This document shows, one piece after another, positions 47,729 through 62,853 of a DNA stretch of 64,000 nucleotides. The stretch is taken from NCBI GenBank assembly GCA_000002445.1, contig AE017150.2, positions 96,001 to 160,000 on the forward strand. Reading direction: 5' to 3'. Source of the stretch: Trypanosoma brucei (lineage: Eukaryota). Numbering within the stretch: position 1 is the stretch's first letter; every line of letters begins with the position of its first letter. A program made the position numbers and the translations under genes. Below the pieces are notes generated by a model, which was not told the DNA's origin, made no database searches, and worked only from the letters and a program-made list of their open reading frames with translations.

Positions 47729-48773
47729 GGGATCCCACGGAAAACGATTTACCAATACCGGGTGTACCAATAAGAACATGAAACATCGGGTTGACAGTCA
47801 CTTCACCCATAAGCCACTGGTTAAGCCGTTCCTCAACCTTATGCCACACCCTCAGTGTTTCCCTACGGATATAAACATCACTATTAAAAACGTACCCCAC
47901 TCCTCTCTTATGATTAATATCATAATCTTTTGGGTTCGCTTTACACGACGTGTATGGCCAACCCATTTGAGATGTAAGCACAGCAATCTCCAAGTTACCG
48001 TCACGGGGAAGTGGTTTATACATTGTTTCCGGAACGTGACTGACATCAACTTCCTCCTTCGTCCACATGCGCGGCGGTCTTCCATCAAACACTTTCATTC
48101 CGAGTGGCTCTTCCCTGTGACCCGACTCCACATAACCCCACGTCGCATTGTATATGGATTCATATACTCCTCTCAGTTCGACAGCACCACCAGCTGTTTG
48201 GGTGGCTCGTTCCCTTGCTTCTTTGGCGGCCGCCAACGCTCCATCCAACATTCCCCTCGCCACGGGACCAACAAATTCCCTTATTTCCCCTCTTCCCTTC
48301 TCCTCCCACTGCCGGAGGTAGTAAATTTCCTTCTCAGACAGATACCTTGCTTTCCGCTTCATTTCAGAGAATTGGTCATATAATTCTTTATATTCCTCAA
48401 ACTCATCTGTGCCTTGTATATCCTCAAGAATCTCAGCATCAACAATATATCTTCTGGGATTCTTAACAAACACATCCATGGCTACATTCCGTGTGTCATA
48501 CGTGTTTAAAAACTTTTTCAGCAAAAAGTCATGCAGCGTCATATTACGCAAACCCGCATAATCTTCCAGCAGCACATTCCTCACCTTACTGTTCATTGTC
48601 CAATAGGGTCCCCCTTCAGTTCTCTGCCGTATTTGTGGAGGCTGAGCAGCAGCAGCAGCAGGAGGCGGTACATTTTCATCCCGTGGCCTCCTCACGGCTG
48701 CTCCAAAATTACCTGCTACTTGTTGGTTTGCATTATTTCTTCGTCGACCTCCACCTCTTCGACGTCTTGACAT

Positions 48774-51730
48774 AACTCTCTTAATATTATTAACTTAACT
48801 TCCCTTCCTTTTCTTTTTTCTCTGAAATTATAAATAACTGAAGTAAAATAATAGATGAGGAAAAAAAATAGCGGATGAACAGTGTAACATAATATCAAAT
48901 GTAATAGAGCAATATAATGTTTACTCACTATCATTTGTATGATATCATAATGCATTTGGTATTGAGAGGAACAATTTCAAAATATAGCAGCTGTAAATAA
49001 ATTATTTCCCTTGCTTCATTATCATACGCTAAATATAATGAACTTCATACATCATTTCTTTTTAAACCATGAATAATATGGAAACAAAAAATATTACTGC
49101 CTCATACACCTGCATCAACACTTCGTATATATAATCAATATTTAAAGAGAGTCAAATTCTATCAATTAAAATCAAGTAAAACAATAAACAAAAATATATA
49201 TGGATATTAATGAAGCGAAGAAAAAGAGTATCGGCACAACACATAGATATACACACACATGAATACGCACTACACAACTGCTTCTTTATATATCCTCCCC
49301 ATTTTTACAATTCATAATATTCACTTGCATTGAATAAACTCATTGAAATATAAATCACTTATCCCGTCCCCCGTGTAATCACTTACTTCCAAAGGAGAAT
49401 ATTAAATAATGTCTGTAGGACAGGTAAAAAAAAACTGATAGTCTTTTTGCATCAGATAACCAGAGAGTATTTCCTGTTTACTTTGATTATAAGCAAAAAC
49501 ATCATTTTGCCTTCAGTAGAAATAAAATTGAATTACTTGCCTCCTCATTGCTCACAACTATCAACAACTAATTCATCCCCACACATTCACGTGTATCTGA
49601 TGTGCCATCGTTGTTTGATTCATTCACACATCTTCCATGATAGCGATGATACAACATATTGTAAATAATTGGAATAAAATTAATACAATTAATTGAGGAA
49701 ACCGTAAAAGATTATCATAACATATCTTTTATTTTCCCTCCTTTCATTTACACAAATTAAATATGTAATGAGACAATTCCCTTTCAGTACGTGTCCACAC
49801 TTATTGTATCATCATTGTAAGTTATTTTTTGCTCACATACACAAAGCTATTGGAATAACAAAAAAATAAAACAACACATTTAAACAACTTAAAAATATAT
49901 AACAAATAAAGGTAATAAAGAGAATGAGAGTGAACTGACAGATAATAAAATGAAACACGTCTCGCATTTTCCTTATAAATATTCAATAGTTGGCGGATTA
50001 CAAATAAAAACAATTACACATTATAGAAAGGAAGGGATATAATTACATTATACACCTGCATGTGGATATGTAACAGCGAGTCATAGTAGAAATAAATTGC
50101 CTAAACACAATAGTTATGGAAGATAACATAATTCAAAATATCAATAATATTATTCTATCAACATTCCCTTCCTTCTCCATTAAGTTTTCAATGGTTTCAA
50201 ATAATAATTCACATAATCTCATACATATGTTACGATGGGTATTGCATGCAGTACAATTTAAAGGAAGTGCAACTCATATAACATTTTCAAAAAAAAGGTA
50301 TTGAATGACTGTTTGCTACCATCAATTACATTTCCAATGCCTGATTACACTTTTATATGCATGAAGGAAGTTACTGATCATAACTTTGACATGCTCGAGA
50401 ATCCATAACACAAAGCAGCAGCTGCATGCAATAAAAAATATAAATATAAATAACATCCGAATTCATTTACTGACAGATGAGTGCAATCCATTCATCCAAA
50501 CTTCATAGCTGCAAACATAAACTCGTTGTTGCCAATAGAAAATAATCGCGCATAAATATTGAGTATCTGAAAATGATAGCAACGGGTTTCCATTTTCGAA
50601 ATATATACATAAACTACATGAGGTATATGAAGCCATATTGGTAAAGTGTCACTACGCATGTTGCAATTTACTATCAAAAGTGTCTGCCTTATTTTATTTC
50701 TTGTGTTACTGTAACTCATGAGTATCATTCATTATTCTTTACAATACAACTGTAAGTCATTTTGCATTTTTACATATTTCCTTATTCTCTCATACTGGAA
50801 GTATTCCACATATGAGATTCCTCAATATCGTTCACAAAATAAAAATAATTTTATTTACTTCTGCATTCAGTTTCTCGTGTAGCAGTGTGTACACTAATCA
50901 TCCATAAAGTTTTTAATTTGCCAAATACATCATTACGAAACTATTTTCCACACATACACATACACAAACAAACCGTTGGGACAATATCTTTGAGGTATTT
51001 CCTTCACTATATTTGCAGTTTAGCAGTGATTAAAATACACTTTTTGTATAATTCAACACATGGTGGAATTGCAAAGAAATGTGATGGTACTTATAATCCA
51101 TAAGTTCCCAATTTTCCTCACATGATCTCTTTTCATGCCTTTATATCCTTATATAATTCACAGAGAATTACTGCAATTTCTTTCATATGCTTTCAGGATT
51201 CCATAAGTCACAATACAAATAATATATATTTACAAATTTGCACATAATATTGCTTAACATATAAATTATCACAAACCTATGATATTACACTCCTCCTAAG
51301 AATAATAGAATCAAATCATTTCTATTTTGCATCATTACATGAAGCTTTGGAAAAGGAAAAAAAAGAATCAAACAAAAGGTAATGTAAACAACACAGTTTC
51401 ATAATACAGATTATAACTTGTTTGTGAATTTCAGATGCAAACACAAAATGTTCAAACAGGGAAACAGTAAAGGATGTTACTGGTGATGTAAGCACAAATT
51501 AACCAAAAATAGAAACATAAATAAAATTGAAACTTATAAAAACACAAATATATATGACACAAATATTTACCACATATTATAATTCGCCACCCTCACACTT
51601 GAATTACAAAGAGTACATAACACACATATGTGGTAAAACTAATACAACTCGAATATACATATGTGCCATCTTCTTAACATAATCATTCCAATATTTACTC
51701 AGTATGTATGTCTGTGTGTGTGTAGAAATG
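48774..51730. repeat. Conserved AT-rich RHS upstream region, copy 3
   Basis: Aligns with 4587..7556 and 15270..18250. Like copy 2 (and unlike copy 1) it continues into ...cgacaatcgcttgactcggaatgcgg. Confidence 0.8.
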
Positions 51731-54700
51731 ATGAAATGTAATCGACAATCGCTTGACTCGGAATGCGGTATTAACATGTCTCAGATGTTAAGCGTTCTTG
51801 TTCTACAAGGGAAGTCATTCGCCTTTTTTTCCTTTTTGCGCAAACAAAAAATAAAAAGAAGAATTCAAGGGTTGTAGCGGATAACTAGCTTTTTGAATCG
51901 TAGCAATATATTATGAAGCATGTACCACAGTCTACTCAGTATTTTTTTTTATTTTTTGATTTCATTAACTTTCATACATGTTTATAAATGATACTTTTTG
52001 TGAAATTTATAACAAGAAACTAACTCGTATTTTCAGTCACTAGCTTCACAGTTCTGAATTTTCGCAATGATGCCGCCGCAAAATATCATTCTTGCTTCTT
52101 ATTTTATTGAAGAGTTACTCTCGCAGAAGAAAGCAGGATGAAAATACTCAAGACCACACCGACAGGGGCCAGACATTCCTCAAAAAAGAACGAACAAAGA
52201 AGTTAACCACACAACCCTTCTTACAAATGAGCGTCTGTCAATGTGCAAGAAAAAACAAAGGCTTCGACTGCATGCAACACTAGAAACGATATCAGCGGCT
52301 TCAATCCCACAGTTAAAGCCACTTGACGAAACACTCAGCATACGAAACCTTTGCAAAGCAATGTATTGGTTATTTAAAGAAAAAGAAAAAAATGTATTCC
52401 TTCACGTGCCGTTTCAACAAACTGCTAGCCGAGAACTAAGAGTATCAACACACACGCACGTGATATCCACGCGTCGAATATTTGCTGCCCAGCTGACTCC
52501 AAACTCACAAAGAGGAAACAACACGTAACCACTTACAGCCCAGCTGCTAGTGTCCTTTAAGTGCATACAAATACACAACAGCAATCATTGTCACCCCACT
52601 AATTTTAGGCATCATTTAATGCACATTTAACAAACGTGATGCCCGACTCCAAATGTGAAAGGCACTCGTCACGCACCCGCCCCGCCCGCCTCCCCACAAA
52701 TTCCACAGGATGGTGGAGGCAAGGCAGCAAAGGAGCGACGCGGCGCTGTTAAAATAGAGCAGCTGCGCATCAGTTGCATTGAGTTTGTGGAATGCGGAGA
52801 AACCACCAGTTGAGCTTCGAGAGTGAGGGATGCTCCCACAGAGTCGTGGCGGCAGAAGGTGATGAAGACGTCACGGATCTTTTTTTTTCTTTTGCTGCAA
52901 CCTCCCGAAATGCGTTGAAACGCCAAGCACCACCGCCACCCCCAGAGCAAAAACGTTGGGGAGAAAAAGCGGAACAATGTGTGGGTTGTGGCGCTGAAAC
53001 CGCAATTACCAACTGGCAAGGTGGATGGACCGCGACATGTGAGCGAGCAAGGGGAGACATCGCTGTTTGTGGAATGTAGGGAGATGTAAGAAAAGAGACC
53101 ACTAAATATGATAACGATGTTAGAGCAACGAATATGAACGGCGTACAATTCCGTTTAGAAACACTGTCTGGAATTTCTGTCTGTAAAAACAACAACTGGC
53201 AGCACCGACGAATTCGTAACAGAAGGTTGCGGGATGCCAGCCAAAAAAAAAAAACCATCAATAGGCCACAACCACACCGAATCAGAAAGTCCACATAAAA
53301 GTAACCAAATACACGCAGCTCAAACGCTCAAATGTTGGATACGCGGCAGGTGACACGACGGAAGGAATATTATCCAGCGCTTGGAAGCATGTCACCACCG
53401 CAACGACTCCTCAGAAACTGGACAGCTTCAAGTGTGGAGTGGCGGCTTGCACATGAACGTAGTGAGTGTCAGAAAGGAGGGGGGAAAGGCATAGCGGAAG
53501 GAACGGCGAAGCAAAAAAGGCAGGGAGGCTGTGCCAAGACTCCCGAGCAGACATCTGCTAAAACCTACGGCACATGACATGTATGGTATGGCCATTGCAG
53601 CGCAGGAGGAACTGTTACAACGAATCGGACATGACTGTTATGGGCCCGTCACTGCCTTCAGAGACTTTTCCAAACGAAAGGAAAGAGCGCAATGCGACAG
53701 AGTGATGCTGACGTGTGCAGAAGTCTCGAAGCATTGTGTCAGCGAGGTCTGTGGTGACTAAGAGTCAGAGATGGGCACATGGTTAGAAGGGTGGTGGATC
53801 CTGCGACGAGTTGAAATTAGGGTGCCTGTACTTTATTTCTCATATACTCGCGTGCTCCGTATACAAAATATAAATGAGAAATGGATCTCACAAACACGCC
53901 AGCAAAGTGGATCTGTTCCTTTGCAATGTCCAGACAATTCGCACTAAGACTCTTAAAGCTATTGGACCGAAGGAACCTCACGACCGTGTGCAGCTGTCAA
54001 ACGTGCGAAAATGGAGAGCTGGCCGGCATCTCACCCTCCACTTGGCAGCTGCTCTCAACTGGAATATCGGGGATTATGGATGGTGTGTAAAGCTCACCAT
54101 TTTGTGGATTCTTCTGAATAGCAATGGAGTCTGAAGGTTAACCCAAAGAGTTAAAACGTTGAACAGAGCTGGTGACCTACGTGGTCTTTTTTTTGTGTAA
54201 AAAGTGCCCGACTGCCTTACTGCATCCCTTCGCGTGCATGCAAACTGAGCACAACGCAATGTCTCCTTTATTATTTGAAGCATGAAAGCTCATGGATTAT
54301 AGCCATGGGACAGAAGGCCTTGATTACGTTAGACTGATAGGACCGCTGTGTATTTTTCGTTGTCTATGTTGGGATGGCCATTTGATAGTAGCATCTGCTA
54401 GTGTACAATTATTTTGATGGATTCGGCACATTACAGTGATTTCTGTTGGGAGTTCCTCTTCCCCCTCACTCTGAGTAGATGTGGGGTAACTGGTTTCTTT
54501 TCTGACGCTAACATGGTTTGCCAGCTCTGTTTGGGAATGTTACGGTATCATCACGCACAGTTTCGCAATTTGTCCGTAAAGCTGCTTTGAATCCATGCTG
54601 CGGTTGTCACGAATCAGAAAAATTATAACGGAGATGGGTCTGCAAAAAGGCATTGTGAGTTAGCGACAATACTACGTATCAAACAATGTCACATCATGAC

Positions 54701-57700
54701 GATTACAGTGCTGCTTCACAACTTCAGCATAGGGGAATGGCGGAATCGTTTCAAATGCGGAACAAATAATGAGAGTCCAAATCTCCATTCTTAAATTCCC
54801 GTGGCTACATGAACTGTATGCAGGTGAAACATTTATCAAGGAAACTGTATTGACAAGACTTAATCCAAGGAGAGATTAGGAATGCAAATACTTCATGCTT
54901 TCGTTGAACAGCCGTACATCAGACCTGTCAACTCCATTAAGTGACTGAGGAGTTAACCTATTTTAAGGTGTATGGAAATGGAGACATGGTTTGAGCAACC
55001 AACGGCCAGTATTCAGTACAGTTGGCTTATGTGAAACCAAAACGTCTGCATCCGTGTATGTTCAACCTGACAGCTTCGCTTAGCCTTTTGTTAAGCTGTA
55101 CGACACTCTTCCAGGTGTATGCAACAAAATACAGTTATGCGCGTGATCTTGCAAGTGAGGAAGGTAGTGTACAGGAAGCATGTGAAACAGGAAAAATATA
55201 TATTGAGCTGCTCTGAATCCATTTGATGCAGAATGTAAGAGCGTTAACCCGGCTGATATTTTGATATGAACCAACACACTAAATAATGATTTAAGAAGCA
55301 GGAAAAAGTTGATCCAAACTGCACTTAGCCTGGAGTTGTTTCCAATGCTCCTAGATAATAATGTGTGTGATGCGTATGGGGGTTCATTACTTTTTGAGGG
55401 AGCATGAAAAAGGATGAGGAGCAGAAACTGTTCGGAAGATGACGATTTTTACGATTCTTATTATTAGGTCGACATCCTTTTTGTGATGGTTTAATGGTTT
55501 AGTATCTATGAGTGCTTTACACTCGCTTTATTTGAACACAAACTCATGCATGCGCGAAAATTGTGAAGCTGCTTACTCACAGATATCAATTAGAGGCATC
55601 AAGCTTTTGGCTCATGGTAGTCATTTTCATATGAAGTTAGCATTCCGAAACAGCTACCTGGGAAAGGAAATTGAAGGCCCACCACCCTTGCCAACATGCA
55701 TTTTATCTGTATTTGTGGTCAAAATGGACGTCACATGTAGCCGCACCATTTCATTGACCGCTGCGTAATATACTCCCTTACTTATACTCATTAATACCCA
55801 CTGACGCCTCTCTTTTCTCTCTTTGTGTGCGGGAAGCACTGCCGTCATACAGAGAGAATCGCAACATTGGATAAGAGAATGGATCTCGAGTGTGTTAGAA
55901 GGCAGTCAGAGACGATAGCAGTTGTGACGGTTGTGGTGTTCCGGGTGAATTTGGATTTGATTAATGATGAACCGCTTCGTGTAGCGGTAAGAGACCCTGA
56001 TGAAACTGCATATAAAGAAACTAGAGGAAGGGCTCACAATGGTCATAAACACGTCTTATGGATGTGATAATGTATGGAATGAAAGTGTGGAAACAAGGTT
56101 GAGAGAAATCATGTGTGAGACTGTATTTGCCGATTTTTACAAAATGGGGATGAATTCTCTCCGTGTATGAATGCTGCGTTGGAGAGTGCAAATGATATGT
56201 TACATGTACAAGCTGGAGAGGATGGCGACTGACGTCTGAAATTGGAATGGATGTAAAAGACATAAAGCATTGTACCGATGCGAAAGCAAAGGGCGCATGC
56301 ATGTCAACGATAGGAAACTAGTTTAGACTCTTTTTATTCGGATATGCTGTGGCGGAAGCAGTGTGCATGCAGAAACCCCGAGCATCCGACAACGGGATAT
56401 AGAAGCGTTAACGATAGTGTCCAACTCATGGAAATCCGGCAGACATCAACTCCTCTCAATTATAAGTTACTTCGAGCTTATCAATTTCTTCCTTATGAGG
56501 TCCCATTTCCTCCACACACTTTTGCATCACAACAATGGAGAGAAGGAGAAAATGTTGAAGCGCATTATGCACTGTATCAAACTTGTTTGTGTATGTATTT
56601 GACCTCTCCTGATATGAGTCTAACCGTTACCAACATGTTACCGACTCTGGGAATCCATGAGCATGATGTACATAAAATATCACGAACTTTGTGCACGTCC
56701 TGGCGTTCCACTTAGTGAACGTCATCAAACTCAATGAGCAGAACCACATGGAAGGAGGAAATTGTGTATTTGTATGCATACATGTGTGTCAGTATGTTGG
56801 TTTGTAACACTGTGGTGAGAGTAAATGGAAGTATCTTTTAATATGGAGAATACCGCACATAAACACACCTCAGTGTATCACCAAGAAATAATGGCGGAAA
56901 CGGGTCAGACAAGGTTGCAGAGATATCAGTCTCAAATATATACATATGACACTAGCCATTCTCTGGTCACACAACAAGAAAGAGCAAGGTGTAGCGTTGA
57001 TTGGATGTAACGGCAGGATGAATCATTTCCTTTAAAGGACAAATGAGCAGATGCGCGTGTGCAGTCCAAACCGGCTAACTGTGAATTGCATTTCATTGAG
57101 AAATATTTTTTGTTAATTCAGCAGGCAGAACGCCTTCTTTTTTCACTCTCACTTTACACAGACATGACGGTCGGTAGAGGTTAGTACCAGCTGATGCATT
57201 TACAACCGTGCACAGTAATAAATGTTAACTGATTGCTCCTGTCGTGTGACTCTCGAGACGTTACCAGGTGACCATGGAATTATCTTAAAGATGTTTGGAT
57301 AGAAGGGCGTCTAATAGGTGCCGGTCTTCTAATACAGCGAAAAGCTTGTAATGCATGCGTATGTTTGGTAAGATGCGAGGAGGCCATTGATTGTACTGTT
57401 GTAGTTAGCTGTTGCGCGCTGCATTGACTGGGTGTGGTTGCAGCACATCTCAGTAATGAAATGCAGAAACCTCTCATCCATCGCAGTGATCGACAAATGT
57501 GTCTTAATTAAGTTGAATGGCAGGTGGTGTCTATGCATATGTTGGGTTGCTCGACTCCCAGAAACCTGGATTAAAGCAACAAAAGGTGTTGTCGTTTGTT
57601 TTTATCCATGCATTTGTTCAAACTATCTGTGCATCAATGCGTACCATCATTGTCTTTCAGTATAACCAACCTTTCTATACCATCAATAACAACTCTCTTC

Positions 57701-57760
57701 CATCCATCATTGCTAAACAAGATAACTTTCTTGATGAATTTCATTCATGATCGCACGCGT

Positions 57761-60114
57761 ATGCCGGCTGACGAAGCACAGCAAGCTCCACCACCTCCCC
57801 AATTACCTTTACGACGCCAACACTTTTCCTGTTGCTGTTAGTGTTACTTCAACTTTATCAAATATGTGTTCTTGTTAACGCAGATGATGGTGGGAAAGTT
57901 ACAGTGAAGGCAATATCTCTGTTATACAGTCGAAAATGGGACGTAAAAGTTATCAATGCCGTGAATGCCGATTTCAACGCCTCCCTGGTTGCTCGGAACT
58001 GGACGGTGGCACCCGGAGTGAATGTTGAAGTTGCCCGCTCCCCCTCATACGTCATCGATTCGGTCCAGTTTCTGAATGACTACCCGAAGGCACTAAATGG
58101 CGATGACGCGAACAAGCTGTGCAATACATTAAAAGGGAACCAACTTGTTGGCTTCGGTTCCATGGCTGAGTATCAACAGGGCATGAGGGATGTCTGCCGC
58201 ATCTTTACTTCCTGCTCCTTGAGGCCACTGGCGAACTTATTACCCCAGTACGTTATGCGATGAGTCACTTACGTGTGCTAAAGCAGGGTTTCATGTATCT
58301 TGATGGGCTCCCGGGAGGTAGTGAAGCATATAATCATGCAGTGGATTTCATATAGCGCATGGGGTACAGTTTCTGTTGTGTTTTCACGGGGGAAGACAAA
58401 GCGGGTGGACAAGGTGGATCACCTGAGGAATTCGACGCTGCATGGAATTAGTTTGCTGGGGGAAATCCACAGGCTGTGATTATGTTTGCCGCCATGAAGC
58501 CTGATGCCAAAAAAAATCTCGTGAGGTTGGTGTCTGATCCGCGTACGGAAGATACGTTCATGCCAACTCCGATCTTATTGCAGAAATCAATCGTGAGCAT
58601 CTGGAAGGAGACATTGGAAGAAGCGAATGTTCCGTTTGTTCCCCATCGTGTGATTCAGACGGGGTCAAATCCTCTCGCTGAGGAAGATTATATCGACGCG
58701 GTAAAACGCTTTCAGACTGAAATGAGGAACTATTTGACTGAATACAGGGAGTGGAGTGACTTCAATGATGCGGATCACTTTCTAAAGAGTGACGCGGATG
58801 GGGAGCTGACGATCAACGGCTAGATTACTGGAGAGGTGTTGGCGCGGGCACTGCGTACCCATGGCTGGATGAAAAATCGCACAGCCGTCATTGAGTCGCC
58901 GTTACGTGATTGATGGCATCGTGATCGGTGATTTTGGAGGTGAGTGCGATAGCTTTACCACTGCAAATGATGCCACTTGCCGCTGCAACCGTGGCAGGAA
59001 GAACGTCTACATGAGGGAGATTGCTGAAAATTACCGCCTGCAACCGCTTGCTGGCAGGCATATTATGACAACTTCCTTGCAGTGTTATATCGATCCCTCA
59101 TTCCTATAGACACCACTCACCGGCCTCACCGTTGATATGGAAGATCACGAAGAGCTTCTGAGAGGTTCCACACAGTTTGAAACTGGTGTGTCCACCACGA
59201 CCTCATCTGGGAAAGCTGGCGAGATGAACAGTTTCTTCCTTCAGAAGGTTGCCACAGATATGCAGAAGGTTTCCGACGAGCTCAACACATTGCGGCAGGA
59301 AAGGATAGTCACTGCCGTGTTTGGCATCGTAACAAAAGCGGTCTGCCAGGTCTGACATTCATTGACCCTATGGCACCAACCCCTCATCTGAACAGTTTCA
59401 GCAGGAATGTGATCCACTTGTCCCCAACAATGGAGCAGCAGCTATGCATGTTAGCGAGCTCCCTCTCCAGCATTCGTGCTGACTTCCACCAATTGCGTTG
59501 TAAGGGGCGGTGAGGCGTCCGCTTTCATTGATGCGCTAAGAAAGACACTGCTCACATTTGGCTTGAACCTCAGCTCTACCGTTGTATTAACTCCAGGGGA
59601 CTCTGTTGGAGAGTATCTTTCGAAAAGTGGTAGCACTTTTATCATTGGACTTGCTGTTGATGGCATTGTGGTAACTGAAGAGCATCTACGTATCCGCAAC
59701 AAGGTGCGCGTATTTGTCCAGTTCTCTGACATTGCGCTGCTGTAAAATGAGTTTGCGCAAGCCTTCGACAATAGCGATGGCACCAAGCACCTTTTGTTCG
59801 CAACAAGTTTGCTTTGCTACCCAGACATCAACACGACATCGTAGACTGTGCAACGGTTCCACGAGGCGGTACGTGAGGTGGAAAAGTGGACGCCGCTGTC
59901 GGTGCTGGGTTTCGCCACGGGTAGACTAATCCAAGAGAATCTGCAAAACATGGAAAGGGTAACGTCCGGCCTGCTGGTCGACCTTTTCTTCAACCAAACA
60001 GTAATCATCATTGATGGCATGCGTTATATGGGCCGTACAAACATTATGATTGCATAACCAACGGTGTTGTTACCGCTGATGACTGCGTGACAAACTTCGG
60101 TGCTACGGATATAA

Positions 60115-60148
<34 letters not shown>

Positions 60149-60661
60149 TCAATGGCACGTGCGCTACGGTCAGATGCACCGATACTACAGAATCCGATGT
60201 CGCCGTCGTTGATGTGCGCTGTCCCCAACGGTAATGCCCTCACCCCCGCACAAGTTGCTGGTGTGGTTGGTGACTCTTTATTCGTTGTGGCTCTTGCAAT
60301 ATGTCTAAGCTTACTTGCGTGATTCCCTCTCCGTGGCACCCGTGATGACGACAGCGCACCCAAGGAACCAACGAACCCCGTGACACTAATATTTACTGAC
60401 ATTGAGAGCGGCACTGCGTTGTGGGCTGCACACCCTGAGCTGATGCCTGATGCCGTTGCGACACATCACCGTCTGATTCGTTCACTGATTGGGAGGTATG
60501 GCTGCTACGAAGTCAAAACTGTTGGTGATTTGTTCACAATAGTGAGCAAGAGTCCCTTCGCTGCCGTACACCTCGCACAGAAACTACAGCTGTGTTTCTT
60601 GCATCATTCCTTCCGAAGGGGCTGCACAATTTCTGACAGCGCCGAATGGACAAATGCATAA
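57761..60661 (+). pseudogene. GRESAG4: Receptor-type adenylate cyclase (ESAG4/GRESAG4 family) pseudogene, copy B; more decayed than copy A
   Basis: The catalytic-domain fragment at 60380..60661 reads MTLIFTDIESGTALWAAHPELMPDAVATHHRLIRSLIGRYGCYEVKTVGDLFTIVSK... Upstream pieces lie at 57832..58263, 58476..58823, 58891..59109, 59476..59745 and 59848..60057. Relative to copy A there is an extra 1-bp deletion near the signal peptide (ccacctctccc vs ccacctcccc) and extra stops (for example gatgag to aattag near 58446). Confidence 0.8.
60118..60147. repeat. (TG)~15 microsatellite inside the adenylate cyclase pseudogene, copy B
   Basis: Seen directly. Confidence 0.9.
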
Positions 60662-62853
60662 TATTACGGAGCGCTGCTTACGCACGCAGCTTATATAATG
60701 TCACATGCGTTGTGATTTGTAGAGGGGAGTGGGCCACCAGAAATTGGGCCATTTAATGTCAATAAGTTTTTACCGCTTGTTGGAGCCGTAATTCCCCGCA
60801 CTTAACCTTTTCGAACCGAGGAGTTGGTAAAAGACGGCCAATCAACGGCATCGTCGACACCGTGGCCATCAGTACGGGATTTTACATACGGTAACGAAGC
60901 GTGGGCATATGTTTTTCTTTAAGCGTCATTTTTTTAAATATTTTTCTGTACATTGTTGCTGCCACTTCTATGAAGTATAGCCAGAATGTTAGAGTAGTAC
61001 ATTTGCGTGCAAAACGAAGATAATAATACTCCCTTTGTTTTTCTTTCCCTCTTGGGTTGTATGAAAAGAGGGGGCTCCTGTTTGTAGGATGACAAGAGCT
61101 GTTTTGTTTCTTTCCTCAAAAAAATTGCATGCTCCATAGTTGCTCCAATATTCCCATCCCTTCATTGGAAAATGACCCGTCGGCTCCGTCCATGTGAGTG
61201 AAGCGGTGTCCCTGATATTTGCCCTGATGCTTTTTCTTTTTTCCACCGTGGAACCTGCACTGCACTGCACTTGCGTTCCCTCATCCCCTCTTACAGTTAT
61301 CCGTTTCACTTCCCCTGTTGAGGAATGCGTATTTCCAACCGCGCGAGATATCAAACAGTAAATCTGTCGGACAAACAAAAGGCTAAGAAATTCGTCACAT
61401 AAACTTATGAGCTTTCACCACTGAGGCACGCACGCTCACCAACACCAACAAAGTCAAGCAAAAGGCGCTGCATATTAATACTCAATGGCGCCATAATGTT
61501 CCCTTTCGTGTTCCCTTTTCCCTCTTCCTTCCGTTGGGGTTACACAACACTTGTGGGAACCCGCTTCACTTCCTCCTTTTCCAATTATGAAGGTAACTGT
61601 GTTTTGTTTGCCACACCTCCGCTTGTTATTTCTCCAACTGGTTTCACTTTCAGAAGTCGCGTGTACACCACTTGTGGAGGAAATATTACATTAGGCAAAA
61701 CCAACTATGAAAAAAATGGCAATACATTCTAAAACATTCCCTCAACATTGCAGAACTCATGAAAGGAATCATGGTTACTGCCGCCAGGCTAAGGAAAGAC
61801 CAAAAGGCTTTTGAAATGTGTTTTCGCATTGAATGTACCATTGGTATTTCTTTAACATGCAAACACAACACAAATCACGGCATGCACAAACACGAGTGCC
61901 AAGCTTCTTATAGAGATATTTCAATACCTGAAAAAGGGACCGGGACGCAAAGTTTGGGAATGGAATTTCCCCGCCCGTAACGGTGATTATCTAAGACATT
62001 CAATCAACACATTTCCGCCTGTCCACAGTCAATGGGAAACCGTAGTGCCCATATGTCCCCCTAATTACTGTTGTCCCTTCAGTTTTCACAGTAGATGTTT
62101 CAATTGGTTTCTGCGGCCGAGGTAAATAAAGCGTATGTGTCATATCCGGGAGGTGTTTCCATGTGTCTTCGCTTTCCGTTTTGTCACTGCGTTTGGGCTC
62201 ACGCAATGACATTAATTGAAATTTCAGGCCACTACCATATATGGGTGGCTCGTGGAGAGAGTGAGGATTGGGATTATTCTAACAGCTTTGTGGTTGTGTG
62301 TGTCGTGCTTTTGGAAAATATTGCAGCCAATGAAAGGGAAGGCAAGTGCCACCTTACTTTCCATGCCGCGGCATCAATGCATAAGAATTATATGCTAGTT
62401 GCCCTGCGAGGGAAGGTCGTGAAGGCGAAGGTTAGCTTCCGGTTTAAGGAAATGTAGAGACTTCTTGATACTACTGTCAGAAACTACTGTTGCCGCGTGC
62501 TTCAGGCACTGGGTCAGTAATTCATAAATAAAACAACGAGAATAAAATTAATCCCTTGTGGCTGCTAAGCGTGCAAGCAACTGAGAATAATAAACAGTAT
62601 ATTTTTGCCACACTTTATTGATTTCTATATATATACAAAACAACCTCATTACATTTATCATTTCTTTTGTGCCCAAAGACTGCTGAATGAATGTTAGGAT
62701 CACTGACCATAACACATTTTGGCATGCACCTCAATTACTTCCTTATAACACTTCCCCCCCCCTCGTTTGATTCATCGCTTAGCTCTATTATTAAAAAAGA
62801 AAAAGCATTTCCTCAACACTCAGCACCTCAAGGAATCGGAAACGGGAACTACA

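Larger units (their letters stand above)
44725..48773 (-). pseudogene. RHS: Chimeric RHS pseudogene split by three tandem RIMEs. The N-terminal part (47729..48773) resembles RHS #1/#2; the C-terminal part (44725..46166) belongs to a more divergent RHS subfamily
   Basis: The N-part ORF (MSRRRRGGGRRRNNANQQVAGN...GTPGIGKSFSVGSLLLY) runs in frame into RIME sequence at the LLY codons. The C-part resumes at ...ILLYKLLHYEASQ and aligns with RHS C-terminal domains (EYMKLYKPQ..PVVDAFFFVE..YFRRWDNFSNDMVWEIIYVQ), but at far lower identity than RHS #1 vs #2. Confidence 0.85.
51895..62853. repeat. Copy B of the ~10.9 kb block carrying the ESAG4-like pseudogene
   Basis: Collinear with 18420..29378; the offset of ~33.48 kb is maintained through to the LRRP start. 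Confidence 0.8.
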
